From a virus (lineage: Duplodnaviria; Caudoviricetes), in the IMG/VR virus record IMGVR_UViG_3300035156_000168, positions 1 to 63,934 of that record: a DNA stretch of 63,934 nt; one strand, given 5' to 3'. Shown in pieces: positions 18,892 through 29,841 of this stretch. Positions within the stretch are counted from its first letter, which is position 1, and each line of letters begins with the position of its first letter. The notes under the pieces are model-generated. The model was not told the origin of the DNA. It was given only the letters and a program-made list of their open reading frames with translations, and did not search any database. The translations under genes were made by a program, and so were the position numbers.

Positions 18892-19190
18892 CGGTCAAAA
18901 ATTACAAGGTCGACTTGAAGCAGGACCCGGTCGTCGCGCGGGAGCTGTTGAAGGACGGTTGGCTGATTGCTGAGGAGGCGTCGCGGGTTGCGGCGGGGCT
19001 CGGGTTGGTTGGCCGTCCGTCCAAGGGAGGCGCGGCGTCGATCGGTGCTGAATTGGTGACTATCGACGGCGAGCCTGAGGTGCGTATCTCTTGGGCTCGC
19101 GAAAAGTTTTGGATGTACTTCGCGGAGACAGGCACGGTGCATCAGAACGCGACCCCGTTCCTGCGCACGGCTTTCAACCGCTTCCGCTGA
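18888..19190 (+). CDS. HK97 gp10-like tail completion protein
   Basis: YFAETGT....ATPFLR motif. Confidence 0.6.
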   Translation: MTVKNYKVDLKQDPVVARELLKDGWLIAEEASRVAAGLGLVGRPSKGGAASIGAELVTIDGEPEVRISWAREKFWMYFAETGTVHQNATPFLRTAFNRFR

Positions 19191-19218
19191 CACCGTTCGC
19201 GATGTCAGCGGCTTTTTC
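19184..19218 (+). terminator. intrinsic terminator-like hairpin before TMP
   Basis: CCGCTGACA...TGTCAGCGG then CTTTTT. Confidence 0.6.
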
Positions 19219-19241
19219 TATGTCTAAGCGAGGGGGTTGAC

Positions 19242-22200
19242 ATGCCGAAGCTTGCGGAAATGTATGTCGCCCTCCGCGCGGATGATGGGCCAGCTAATAA
19301 GGTCATCGCCGGTGTTCGGTCGTCGTTGCAGAAGTTGGACTCGACGAGGGTTCAGCCGAACATCACGATGTCGGAGAAGCCTGTCGCTGACATTGCGGCG
19401 TTGGAGAAGCGGCTCGCTGGTTTGGCGAGCACACGCGTCCGGCTGAATGTTGACTCGACGGTGGCTGCCTCTGAGGTTCGCACTTTGGGTCGGCAGTTGG
19501 AGGCGTTGCAAACGTCGCGGCATTCAATCCCGGTCGAGTTGCAGGGTCAGATCAACGGGCAGATCGCTGAGGTTGAACGGGCCCTCGCTGTTGCGACAAA
19601 GCGGCAGAACCAGATTCCGTTGCGGTTGGAGCGGATCACCGACCAGGTTGCGGCGGTGCAAACCCAGCTTGAGGGTTTGGGCGGCGTCGAGGTTGACGTG
19701 CCGGTCAAAGAGTCGGGGCTGGAACGGGTCAAGCAGCATTTGGCGGCGATGGCTCGGGACCGCTACGACGCCACCATCTATGTGAACGCGAAGAACAGCG
19801 ACGGCGGCGGCGACTTCGACCCGGGCGCGTTGTTGAAGACTCCGGCGTTGCTTGCAGCTGTGAATGTGGCGGCGTCGGCTATGGCGTCCCTCGGGGCTGG
19901 CGGCATTTCGTTGGCCGCCGCTATGGCCCCGGCTGCTGGTGCGATGGCGGCTGTTCGGGTGGGGATGGTCGCGGTTCAGCAGGGTGCTGCTGTGGCGAAC
20001 ATCGCAATGATGGGTGTCAGCGACACCATGAACGCGATGGCTGAGATGGAAGCGAAGGTCGCTTCCGGGGCGAAGATCAGCAAGCAGGAGCAGGCCGAGT
20101 ACAACGCCATGCTGAAAGCGGCGGGCCCTGCGGTCGTCACTTTTGCTGGTCAGTTGAAGACGTTGCAGGACGGCTTCGACGGGCTTCGGAAGCCAATCCA
20201 GAACGTGCTTCTGCCCGCGTTCGGGGCGGCTTTGCAGACGATCTCGACCACGTATCTGCCGTTGCTGCGGACCCAGCTTGTCGGCACTGCGACTGTGCTG
20301 GCTGGGGTGACCGCCGCGTTCACTGAGTGGCTGTCGTTCCCGAGCACCGTCGGCAAAGTGAACACAGTCCTCGGGGCCAACAACAGGATTCTGAGCCTAC
20401 TCGGCCCGGTCGCGCTCAACCTGGCCGACATTCTGCTCAACATTTGGGTTGCGGCGCTGCCCATGACGATCCGCTTCGCGGAGTGGCTGGGCATTGTCAC
20501 CACCAAGTTGGCGCAGATGGTGGAGAGTGCGGCTGGCAGCGGGGCGCTGGTTGCCTATTTCAAGCTGGCCGGCGACACCGCCGCGCAACTTGGTGCCATC
20601 TTCGGCAATCTCGCGGTCGGGTTGTTCCGCGTGTTTCAGGGCGGCGCCGCACAGGGACGCACTTTCCTCGACCTGTTCCAGACGTTAACAGCCAGGTTCG
20701 CCGCGTGGACGGGGTCGCTCGCCGGCAAAAATGCAATCGCTGATTTCTTCGCGCGTGCGCAGCCGGTGCTGAACGAGGTCGGGTTGTTGGTTCGGGACAT
20801 AGCGAAGGCGTTCGGCGAACTGTCGACTCAGACTGGGTTGGCTCCGGTGATCGCGCAGGTTCGGACCCAGTTGCTGCCGGCGCTGCTGTCGATTGTGACC
20901 GCCACGTCGAGCCAGCTGTTGCCGTCGCTGGTGGCGCTCGCGACGAAGGCAGCCGACTTCTTCAACGTCATGTCCGGTCACGGCGGATCTTTGGTGCTCA
21001 CCATCGACCTGTTGACCAAGTTCGCTAACTCGGCGCTGTGGTTGTTGAACAACATTCCTGGCGCGACGACTGCGCTGGGTGCGTTCTTCGCGGTGATGGC
21101 AGTCAAGCAGGCGTTCTCGATCATCGGTCAACTCAGCGGACTTACGTCCACCATCCCGATTCTGGTGTCGGCGTTCGGCGTTTTGCGGGGGACAGTCGTT
21201 GCGACTCAGGCGCCGTTGGCGGCGCAGGCGTTGGCGTGGGTCGCGTTGAAGGTGCAGATGCTGGCGCAGGCTGCGGCGAGTGGGATCGCGACGGCCGCAA
21301 CGACTATCTTCGCGGGTGCCGCGCGGGCTGCTGGTGTGGCGATGCGGTTCATGCTCGGCCCTGTCGGGCTCATCATCACCGGCATCGGGCTGCTGGTCGC
21401 AGGCGTCATCTACGCGTACAAAAACTTTGAGCCGTTCCGAAACATTGTGGACACGGTCGGTCGTGCGCTGCTCACCGGTTTGGTGGCTGCCGTCGATGCT
21501 GTGGTGGCAGCGTTCCGCAGGGTTGCTGTTTCCGCGACGGCGGACTGGGCTGCGGTGAAGGCGGCTGTCACGGCAGCGTGGAACGGCATCGTGTCGTTCT
21601 TCTCGACGGCGGGCGCGACGATCGTCGCCGCTGTGTCGCGGGTGTGGACGGCTGTCGCGACCGACGTGTCGAACGCATGGACTGCCATCAGGACCGCCGT
21701 GTCGAACGCCTGGAACGGGATCGTCGCGTTCTTCACCACCGGAGCGGGTGGTCAGATTGTCGCCGCCATCGGGACGATATGGACAACCGTGCGTAACGCT
21801 GTCGCGGGAGCATTCGCCGCCATCTGGGGTGCCATCAAAGTAGCGATCGGCGCTTGGGTGACGCTCATCAAGATTGAATTGGCGATCATCGGCGCTGTGT
21901 TCCTGCTTGCCTGGCAGGGCCTGTCTGCGGTGGCGCGTACGGCATTCGGCGCTGTGCAAGCAGTGATTGCGACGGTGTGGGGGGCTATCCGCTCCGCGTT
22001 CACCACTGCCCAGTCAGCTCTGTCTGCGGCGTGGTCCGCGTTCTGGAACACCATCAAATCGGTCGTTAGCGCGGCTTGGAACTTTGTGTATAGCGGGATC
22101 ATCGCGCCGGTCATCACGACAATCAGGAACGCGTTCAACGCCTTCATAGCGTACGAGGTTCAGGTGTGGACGAACTTCTGGAACAACATAAAGGCGGTCG

Positions 22201-24431
22201 CGTCGGCGGCCTGGACGTTCGTGCGTGACAACATCATCACCCCAATCTGGAACGGCATCAGAGCCGTCTTCACCGCAGCGCACACCTTCGTCCGCAACGC
22301 CTGGAACACGTTCTGGGAAGCAATCAAGACAGCGGCTCGGGTGGCCTGGACGTTCGTCAAAGACAACATCATCAACCCGATCTGGAACCAGGTAAAGGCG
22401 ATCTTCGCAGCGGCGCACACCCTATTGCGGAACGCCTGGACGGTGTTCTGGAATGCCGTGCGCACCACAGCGAGCACGATCTTCAACGCCATCCGCACCC
22501 TCGTTAACACAGTGTGGAACCAGATCAAGACATTGTGGTCGGCGGCGCAGGGTGTGGTGACAAGGGCTTGGGACACGTTCTGGGGGACTATCAAGAGGGT
22601 CGGTGCTGCGGCGATCGAGTGGGTGCGGGCTCAGATCAACGAGAAACTGAACGCGGTCAAGGGCATCGTCAGCCGTTTCGTGTCGGCGGTCGGTGGCATC
22701 TGGGGCGGCATTCAGGGCAAGTTCTCTGGGCCGTGGAACTGGGTGAAGAACAACGTTCTAGACAAGCTCGCTGCCGCTTACAACGCGGTCGCGAAAGTCG
22801 TTGGCGCGCCGACGCTCAACTTGGCCGACGGCGGCCCGGTGGGGAATGCTGGCGGTTCCCCAACTGAGGGTGCGGTTGGTCGGGCTGACGGCGGGCCGAT
22901 CGACAAGCGCGCCGCCGGTGGGCGTATCCGCGGCAGGGGCGGGCCGCGTCAGGACAACATTGCGGGGATTGACCGGGCGACGGGTGTGCAAACGTCGTGG
23001 GTGTCCGCCGGTGAGTATGTCGTCAACGCGAAGCAGTACCAGAAGAACAAGCAGGTTGTGGAGTCCATCAACTCGGGCCTCGACTTTAATGAGGCTGTCG
23101 GGCGCAGGTTAAATCGTGAGTACGTCGCGCGGGCGTTCGGTGGGGAGATTCCGCGTCTGTGGATCGGCGGCGGCACGAAACCTGCTGCGGGTTCTGTGAG
23201 TCAGCACAGCGGCTACGGGTGGGCGCGGTGGGCTGGCGACATCAACGAGCCAGGCGCTGCCGATATGGGTAAGCCGGTGAGTGCGTGGAAGTCGGGCATT
23301 GTGGCGGCGACGACAACAATGTCGGGGTCGTACGGCAAGCACATCCGCATCAACCACCCCGGCAATGAGCGCACCCTGTACGCCCACCTGTCGCAGTTCT
23401 CGGTCAGCCCGGGGGCCCGGGTGCGACAGGGCCAGAAAATCGGCGAGAAGGGCAACACGGGAAACTCGTCTGGGCCTCACTTGCACTTCGAGTTGGCGGG
23501 CGGCAGTGATTCGATTACCGGCAAGATAGGTAACGCCGTCAAGGGTGCGGTCGAGTCGGTAATAGAGATGATTAAGCCGCGGGCGATGTTCACTGCGGCG
23601 TCGAACCCGATCCTTGGCTTGGTCGAGAAGGGGTTGGGTGCGCTGCCTGGCGGCGACACCCCGTTCTCGAAGATGATGGCCCGGTTCCCGCGAAAACTGC
23701 GTGACATGTTGGCGTCCAAGCTGCCGGAGTCGTTCGGCATTGAAAGCAGCGGCGGTGGAACGGACGGCGTCAATGTGGGCGCGGGCTCGGGCGACCGGAT
23801 GAAGAACGCGTCAGTTATTGCTCAGGTCGGCAAGGGCGGCGGCAAGAGAGCGCAAACCATCGGTTTGATTACCGCGCTTGTGGAGTCCGGTCTTCGCAAC
23901 GTCAACTACGGCGACCGCGACTCTCTAGGCTTGTTTCAGCAGCGGGCGCCGTGGGGTCCGGCGTCGGCTCGGATGAATCCGCGCACGTCGGCGGGCATGT
24001 TCTACAACGGCGGCCGCGGCGGGCAGCGAGGGCTGTACGACATCTCAGGTTGGCGCAGCATGAGCATGGGCGCCGCCGCGCAGAGGGTTCAGGTGTCAGC
24101 ATTCCCGGGCCGCTACCAAACCCGGGTCAAAGAGGCTGAGTCGATTCTTAGTGCGCTCAAAATGGCGGACGGCGGGATTGTGCAGGGCGGTCGTGGTGGG
24201 ACTTTGGCGCACATCGGTGAGGGTGCCCGCGATGAGTTGGTGACTCCGTTGCCGCGCGGCTGGAAAGCGGCGGACTCGGGTGGGGATATGCGGCGGTTGA
24301 TTGCGTTGTTGGAGGAGCGCGGGTTGGGTGAGACGCATTTGACGATGAACGCGTACAACCCGGTGGCGGAGCCGACGACGGTGTCTACGAACAAGCAGTT
24401 GCAGCGCGTCGGCGCGCTGGGGATTGTCTGA
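19242..24431 (+). CDS. tape measure protein with M23 peptidase and transglycosylase-like domains
   Basis: 1729 aa, 11-residue W/F periodicity, YAHLS...GNSSGPHLHFE, TALVESGLRN...GDRDSLGLFQQR. Confidence 0.95.
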   Translation: MPKLAEMYVALRADDGPANKVIAGVRSSLQKLDSTRVQPNITMSEKPVADIAALEKRLAGLASTRVRLNVDSTVAASEVRTLGRQLEALQTSRHSIPVELQGQINGQIAEVERALAVATKRQNQIPLRLERITDQVAAVQTQLEGLGGVEVDVPVKESGLERVKQHLAAMARDRYDATIYVNAKNSDGGGDFDPGALLKTPALLAAVNVAASAMASLGAGGISLAAAMAPAAGAMAAVRVGMVAVQQGAAVANIAMMGVSDTMNAMAEMEAKVASGAKISKQEQAEYNAMLKAAGPAVVTFAGQLKTLQDGFDGLRKPIQNVLLPAFGAALQTISTTYLPLLRTQLVGTATVLAGVTAAFTEWLSFPSTVGKVNTVLGANNRILSLLGPVALNLADILLNIWVAALPMTIRFAEWLGIVTTKLAQMVESAAGSGALVAYFKLAGDTAAQLGAIFGNLAVGLFRVFQGGAAQGRTFLDLFQTLTARFAAWTGSLAGKNAIADFFARAQPVLNEVGLLVRDIAKAFGELSTQTGLAPVIAQVRTQLLPALLSIVTATSSQLLPSLVALATKAADFFNVMSGHGGSLVLTIDLLTKFANSALWLLNNIPGATTALGAFFAVMAVKQAFSIIGQLSGLTSTIPILVSAFGVLRGTVVATQAPLAAQALAWVALKVQMLAQAAASGIATAATTIFAGAARAAGVAMRFMLGPVGLIITGIGLLVAGVIYAYKNFEPFRNIVDTVGRALLTGLVAAVDAVVAAFRRVAVSATADWAAVKAAVTAAWNGIVSFFSTAGATIVAAVSRVWTAVATDVSNAWTAIRTAVSNAWNGIVAFFTTGAGGQIVAAIGTIWTTVRNAVAGAFAAIWGAIKVAIGAWVTLIKIELAIIGAVFLLAWQGLSAVARTAFGAVQAVIATVWGAIRSAFTTAQSALSAAWSAFWNTIKSVVSAAWNFVYSGIIAPVITTIRNAFNAFIAYEVQVWTNFWNNIKAVASAAWTFVRDNIITPIWNGIRAVFTAAHTFVRNAWNTFWEAIKTAARVAWTFVKDNIINPIWNQVKAIFAAAHTLLRNAWTVFWNAVRTTASTIFNAIRTLVNTVWNQIKTLWSAAQGVVTRAWDTFWGTIKRVGAAAIEWVRAQINEKLNAVKGIVSRFVSAVGGIWGGIQGKFSGPWNWVKNNVLDKLAAAYNAVAKVVGAPTLNLADGGPVGNAGGSPTEGAVGRADGGPIDKRAAGGRIRGRGGPRQDNIAGIDRATGVQTSWVSAGEYVVNAKQYQKNKQVVESINSGLDFNEAVGRRLNREYVARAFGGEIPRLWIGGGTKPAAGSVSQHSGYGWARWAGDINEPGAADMGKPVSAWKSGIVAATTTMSGSYGKHIRINHPGNERTLYAHLSQFSVSPGARVRQGQKIGEKGNTGNSSGPHLHFELAGGSDSITGKIGNAVKGAVESVIEMIKPRAMFTAASNPILGLVEKGLGALPGGDTPFSKMMARFPRKLRDMLASKLPESFGIESSGGGTDGVNVGAGSGDRMKNASVIAQVGKGGGKRAQTIGLITALVESGLRNVNYGDRDSLGLFQQRAPWGPASARMNPRTSAGMFYNGGRGGQRGLYDISGWRSMSMGAAAQRVQVSAFPGRYQTRVKEAESILSALKMADGGIVQGGRGGTLAHIGEGARDELVTPLPRGWKAADSGGDMRRLIALLEERGLGETHLTMNAYNPVAEPTTVSTNKQLQRVGALGIV

Positions 24432-25318
24432 TGGCTACCTATTCCGCGTTTCCTGTTTTCGTCGACGGCGTCCGTCTGGACTCGTCGGCGTGGAATGTGG
24501 AGTCGAAGGTTCGGCAGTGGGCTGGCGCCCGGTCGGCTGACGTGGTGCTGCCTGGGGTCGACGGTGTCGCCGCCAGTTTGAACGACGACCTCGAACCGAC
24601 GTTGATGACGCTGTCGATGTGGGTGGTTGGCACTGATGAGAACGGGTTGATCCCGAACGGGTCGAACGGGATGGCGCAGTGTCGCGCGAACCTGGACCAG
24701 CTGTCGGCTTTGTTCGGTGTCCGGCATCGACTGCTGTCCATCATCGAGGTGGTGGACGGGGGCGGCACGCAGCGGCAGGCGAACGCGAAAGTCGTTGACT
24801 CGATCTCTCCTGAGATCCGGGCAGGTGGGTTGGGTCGGTTCACGGTGACGTTGCAGCTGCCGGAGGCGATGTGGCAGGACCCGGCGACGTCGGACTGGTC
24901 GCAGGCATCAGTGGTGGCCGGCAACACCTATGAGGTGACGTCGTTGCTCGGGTCGACGGCGCCTATAGCTGACGAAATCTTGACATTCACTGGTCCGGCG
25001 ACGAACCCGCAGATCACCGACTTCACGACCGGCGCCTACATTCGGCTCAATGCGGCGTTGCCTGCCGGTCAGGTGTGGCGGGTCAACTGCGCTAGTTGGA
25101 CGACCCGCTACGGGGCGGGGTTGACGTTCGGGTCGCTGGACACGGCGGGCACGGACGCGCAAGCGGTGACCGTGTACGGCGGCGGGACGGCCCGGTTTCT
25201 GCGGCTGCAGCCCGCGTTGACGGGCGGTGCGCGGCGGGTGTCGGTGACTGTCGCCGGCACCGGGTTCACATCGGCGACGGCTATCGGTGTCCGAGCGAGA
25301 CGCAAGTACATCCAGTGA
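24431..25318 (+). CDS. distal tail (Dit-like) protein
   Basis: Directly after TMP, GPATNP motif. Confidence 0.75.
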   Translation: MATYSAFPVFVDGVRLDSSAWNVESKVRQWAGARSADVVLPGVDGVAASLNDDLEPTLMTLSMWVVGTDENGLIPNGSNGMAQCRANLDQLSALFGVRHRLLSIIEVVDGGGTQRQANAKVVDSISPEIRAGGLGRFTVTLQLPEAMWQDPATSDWSQASVVAGNTYEVTSLLGSTAPIADEILTFTGPATNPQITDFTTGAYIRLNAALPAGQVWRVNCASWTTRYGAGLTFGSLDTAGTDAQAVTVYGGGTARFLRLQPALTGGARRVSVTVAGTGFTSATAIGVRARRKYIQ

Positions 25319-25334
25319 CTGACGGGGGTGACTG

Positions 25335-28300
25335 ATGCCCGTCGCCTACGTCTCCGGCAACTCGACCACAAGAGTCAGCACCACCGACTCGACGTCGTTC
25401 ACGATCACAGTTAATGCCCCGCCGACGATCACCGCCGAGAATCTGCTGCTGGCGTTCGTCTATCAAGCAGACACCGACGCGGCGATGGCGACTTTGGCCG
25501 GGTGGACCCGCGCCGATTTCATCGCCCCGGCGACGGGCGGCGGCGGTTGCCAGTACGTCCTGTGGAAGTACGCCACCGGCTCGGAACCTGCCTCGTACGT
25601 GTTCTCATGGACCGCGCCGACGGCGTCGCCGTGGTTCCTGTCAGCTGTCGTCGTCCAGTACAGCGGTGTTGCTGCCAGCGACCCCGTCAACGCTGTCGAG
25701 GTTGTAGCCAGCACCGCCAACTCGACGAGCATCGTCGCACCGTCTATCCCAGCCACCGCTGCTGGTGTGCTGGTGTGCGGGTTCGCGTCGTGGCTGGGAA
25801 ACACCACCACCGTTCCTGCGGGGATGACGGCACGCCAGAACCCTGTCAACGCCACCAACACGTCGCTGCGGGTTGTCGATCAGCCGATAGCGGCTGAGAC
25901 GACGGGCACTCGGACGTCGACTCAGTCTTCGTCGACAAGGTGGAGCGCGTCATCGGTTGTCCTAGCCGAAGCTGCTGAAAACCCTACGACGACGGTCGGG
26001 AACACTCGCACGGCGACGTGGCAGGTTGCGGCGAGTCCCGACTTTTACTCCGACGTGTACTCCGACGTCTACGGCGCCAACCCTGCGCCGCCGTTGACGA
26101 CGGTCGGGAACACCCGCACCGCGACATGGCAGGTTGCAGCCACACCCGATTACTACTCCGACGTGTACTCGGACACGTACGGTGCGGGGCCGCCGCCACC
26201 TGCACCGTTGGTGACTGTCGGCAACACGAGAACAGCGACGTGGTCGGTTGACACCATCGGTGTGGTCACCGTGTCGAGGTCGGCCTCATGGTCCGTGGGC
26301 CGTATCGTCACGGGCAGCCGCGCCGCGAGCTGGTCGGTGTGGAACGGCCCGATCGCCAACACCCGCACCGCGTCGTGGGCTGTGTTCGGGTTGGCGTTGC
26401 CGACGACCGCCATCGCGACGCCCGGCATGCGGCTGCGGGTGTTCCTGCCGAACGGCGCCGACCAGGGAAACCTGCCAACACCTGAGTCCGGGAACGTCGC
26501 CTACCCACTGAACGACGTCGGTGCGCTCACTTTCTCGTATGCGCTGCGGGCGCCGCGTGCGTCGCTGTTGGGGCAGCCGTGCGAGATATCGGTTGAGGTC
26601 ACACCCGATGGTGGCTACACGTGGTTGGAGCCGCCGAACTCCCGGTTTGTGTATGTGACGGACGGCGCTGACCCGCTGGACCCGGCGAACAAGTACAGCG
26701 TGCAGTGCAAGTCGTTGGTGTGGCGGCTGTCGAAGTCGGTGGTGCTACCCAACAATCTGCTGAATGCGGACGGCAAGCGGGCGTTCCTGTCCGCCAATGT
26801 CGGCATCATTTTGAAGACGCTGTTCACTGAGGCGCAGGCCCGCGGGTCGATGACCGGCATCGACCACGCCTCATTTTCGACGGTGCTCGACTCGGGCGGT
26901 CAGGCGTGGGGGACGACTCTCACGAAGTACTACGAGCCGGGCATCAACTATCTGGCGGTGTTGCAGGACTTCGCCGACTCCGGTCTGTGTGACTTCAAGA
27001 TGCAGGGCCGCAGCTTGTACGTGTACCGCGCCGACACCACTCTCGCTGTGGACCGCACGGTCGGCGGTTCGCAGGTGACGTTCCGCGCCGGCCGCGATTT
27101 GACAGATGCGCCGTTCACCCGCACCTGGGAAGGGCTCGCGAACTACGCCTATTTTGCGGGCGACGGCGTCAACTACGAGTACACCGAGCCGACCGCGATC
27201 ACGCCGTGGGGTCGCCAGGAACTGTTCATCTCCAACGGGTCCGTATCCGACCCGGGCACGATGGCGGTCCTGACGCAGAACGAACTCGCGCAGCACGATG
27301 TGGAGCGTACGCAGTACACACGCGGCTTGGATTTCACGCGGGCGACGCATCGGCCGTTCTGGGATTACGGCGTCGGTGACTACGTGTGGTCGACGGCGGA
27401 CGGTTCGCAGCCAGCCCGGTTGCGGATTCGTCAGCTGACGCTGCAGGTCAACGCGCAAGGCATCCTCGCCGGCAATGTGGTCCTCAATGACCGGTTCATT
27501 GAGTCGGACGTGCGGGCTGCTCGTCGCATTCAGGGCATCACGAACGGAGCCCAGTCGGGCACGGGTACGGGCACCCCGCCGGTCACGGACAACCCTGACG
27601 GCACCGCAGACAGCAAAGCGCCGGCGAAGGTGCTCGGCTTGTCTGGGGCGAGCACCGCCTACATGGGGCCCGGTGGTTTCCCGCAGGCGCAGGTCACCCT
27701 GACGTGGGGTGCGGTGACGACGAACGTCGACGGCACCCCAATCACCGACCTCGACCATTACGAGATCCACCGCCGGCCTGTCGGATCGATTCCGCCGACG
27801 CAGCCGAACACCGATCTGCGGCACTTCGCGACGACGACCAACAACACCTACGACTCGTCACCGTATATTGTCGGCTCGTCGTGGTTCTTCTCCGTCAAAG
27901 CGGTCGACACATCCGGCAACCGGTCCGAGTTGTCCGCTGAGCATTCGGTGGGGATGGCGACCGACAACACCGCACCGCAGGCACCCGCCGCCCCAGTCCT
28001 GACCGCGAAACTAGGGCTGATCCAGATTTTCTGGTCCGGCCTGCCAGCGACGGGTGTGTGGCCGCCCGACTTCGCCTATGTCGAAGTGCACGTCTCGACG
28101 GTCAACAACTTCACCCCGACCGACGCGACCTTGTTCGACACCTTGTACGGCGAAGGCAGCTCCATCTACACGGCGGGCGCCTACGGGGTGCCCGTCTACG
28201 CGAAGCTGGTCGCGGTCGATAAGACGCCGCTCAAGTCGGGCGCCTCGACTCAGGGCACGGCGACGCCAGTGCAACTCGTCAACACCGACCTCATCACGGG

Positions 28301-29498
28301 CATCGTCAACGAGCGGCTGCTAGCTGCGGATGCGGTCACGTCGGCGGCTATCGCTGACCTAGCGGTGGGCACCGCGAACATCATCAACGGCTCAATCGTG
28401 AACGCGAAGATCGGCAGCCTAGCGGTCAACGACGCCAACATCGCCGCGATGAATGTCGGGAAACTGTCGGCGGGCACGTTGAACGCTGAGGTGCTGGTCG
28501 CGAACCGGCTTACCACGTCCATGTCGGGCAGCCGCGTGCAGATGGACTCGACTGGTCTGCGAATGTTCCGCGGGTCGGAGACGCAGCCGATCGTGTTCCT
28601 CGACCCGACCCCGGGTCAGCTCATCATCCGCAACACGACGGACGCGTCTCACACGTCGAGCGGTCACGGCATTCAGTTCGGCGAGTCGAACAACCTGAAC
28701 GTCATCATCGACAACAACGAGATCATGGCGAGAAACAACGCGTTCTACGCCACGCTCGGTGTGAACCTTGAAGGCGGCGGCGTCACCATCGGCGGCCGCA
28801 TGGGCGGCTTCACCGACGCCAACCGCGGCAGCATCCCGAACAACGACAACCACCACATCTTGATGCGCGGCAACATTGAGGTGCAGAACATCGGGTCAGG
28901 TAACTATGACGATCCGTATTCGCCGTTCATTGTCGGGTGGCGGGCGTCGACGCACCTTTTTATGACCAACAACAAGATCGGCGCATCGGGTGGTTTGGGT
29001 GCGAACCCGCTCTACATCAACCCGCGCTCGACTTCGGGCGAGGACCATTTCCAGCCGGTGTGGATGGGTTGCGACAGCATCGCCATCCGTCGGATCGGTC
29101 CGGCGCAAGGCGGGGTTATTTCCACCGAGGCTGGTGTGGCGTTGCAACTCGTCAACGGGCAGGTGAACTCGCGAAGCGCATCCATCGTCGGCAACTGCTC
29201 GATGGGTGCGTCCGCGTTCAACGTGCTGTCGCAGTCAGACACGAAGCACATGGTTTCCGATTTGGCGGGGGCACTGGAAACAGTCCGTGGCGTCAAAAGC
29301 AAGCGTTGGCAGTTCCGCGACGAGATCAACCCCGAGGATCAGTGGCACTACGGGCCGATGCTGGAAGACCTACCTGACGAACTGCGAACCCGGGTCGGCG
29401 ACGACCAGCAGGGCTACAGCATCAGCTCGCTGGTCGGCCTGTTGTGGGAAGCAGTGCGCGAACTAGCGGCGGAGGTGGAGCGTGGCAAGGAACGCTGA
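25335..29498 (+). CDS. large minor tail/host-specificity protein
   Basis: 1387 aa; FN3-like segments (VKAVDTSGNRS), AxIxxL-type repeats, C-terminal chaperone-like segment. Confidence 0.8.
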   Translation: MPVAYVSGNSTTRVSTTDSTSFTITVNAPPTITAENLLLAFVYQADTDAAMATLAGWTRADFIAPATGGGGCQYVLWKYATGSEPASYVFSWTAPTASPWFLSAVVVQYSGVAASDPVNAVEVVASTANSTSIVAPSIPATAAGVLVCGFASWLGNTTTVPAGMTARQNPVNATNTSLRVVDQPIAAETTGTRTSTQSSSTRWSASSVVLAEAAENPTTTVGNTRTATWQVAASPDFYSDVYSDVYGANPAPPLTTVGNTRTATWQVAATPDYYSDVYSDTYGAGPPPPAPLVTVGNTRTATWSVDTIGVVTVSRSASWSVGRIVTGSRAASWSVWNGPIANTRTASWAVFGLALPTTAIATPGMRLRVFLPNGADQGNLPTPESGNVAYPLNDVGALTFSYALRAPRASLLGQPCEISVEVTPDGGYTWLEPPNSRFVYVTDGADPLDPANKYSVQCKSLVWRLSKSVVLPNNLLNADGKRAFLSANVGIILKTLFTEAQARGSMTGIDHASFSTVLDSGGQAWGTTLTKYYEPGINYLAVLQDFADSGLCDFKMQGRSLYVYRADTTLAVDRTVGGSQVTFRAGRDLTDAPFTRTWEGLANYAYFAGDGVNYEYTEPTAITPWGRQELFISNGSVSDPGTMAVLTQNELAQHDVERTQYTRGLDFTRATHRPFWDYGVGDYVWSTADGSQPARLRIRQLTLQVNAQGILAGNVVLNDRFIESDVRAARRIQGITNGAQSGTGTGTPPVTDNPDGTADSKAPAKVLGLSGASTAYMGPGGFPQAQVTLTWGAVTTNVDGTPITDLDHYEIHRRPVGSIPPTQPNTDLRHFATTTNNTYDSSPYIVGSSWFFSVKAVDTSGNRSELSAEHSVGMATDNTAPQAPAAPVLTAKLGLIQIFWSGLPATGVWPPDFAYVEVHVSTVNNFTPTDATLFDTLYGEGSSIYTAGAYGVPVYAKLVAVDKTPLKSGASTQGTATPVQLVNTDLITGIVNERLLAADAVTSAAIADLAVGTANIINGSIVNAKIGSLAVNDANIAAMNVGKLSAGTLNAEVLVANRLTTSMSGSRVQMDSTGLRMFRGSETQPIVFLDPTPGQLIIRNTTDASHTSSGHGIQFGESNNLNVIIDNNEIMARNNAFYATLGVNLEGGGVTIGGRMGGFTDANRGSIPNNDNHHILMRGNIEVQNIGSGNYDDPYSPFIVGWRASTHLFMTNNKIGASGGLGANPLYINPRSTSGEDHFQPVWMGCDSIAIRRIGPAQGGVISTEAGVALQLVNGQVNSRSASIVGNCSMGASAFNVLSQSDTKHMVSDLAGALETVRGVKSKRWQFRDEINPEDQWHYGPMLEDLPDELRTRVGDDQQGYSISSLVGLLWEAVRELAAEVERGKER

Positions 29499-29841
29499 CG
29501 GCACCGCCACCTGTGACCGGTGCGGCGCTCGGTTGGCTGGCTACGGGGTGTTGTACGGGATGGTGTGCACCGACCTCACTCCGGGCGGCGCTGTCCGGGA
29601 CTTGATCTACTGCTACGCCAACCAGTGCCGCAGCGTCGTCCTCGACGGGTTCCTGCGCAGTCTCGGCACGGACCCGCTGCGGTGCACCGACGACAACACA
29701 CGCCTCAACTCGCGGGCAGTGAGCGACGCGATGCTTGCCGTCGATATGCAACCAGCCTCAGGGGAGGCGCGACTGATGCAGTTCTGCTATGCGACCGGGT
29801 CACGTGACCGGTTCCTGACCCATGTACAGGAGACACGGTGA
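29482..29841 (+). CDS. Cys-rich hypothetical
   Basis: GGAGG RBS; internal two-fold repeat. Confidence 0.55.
   Translation: MARNADGTATCDRCGARLAGYGVLYGMVCTDLTPGGAVRDLIYCYANQCRSVVLDGFLRSLGTDPLRCTDDNTRLNSRAVSDAMLAVDMQPASGEARLMQFCYATGSRDRFLTHVQETR

Noticed and set aside
21500-22750. Trp-periodic repeats in the tape measure protein as a novelty
   Set aside because: 11-residue aromatic periodicity is standard for TMPs.
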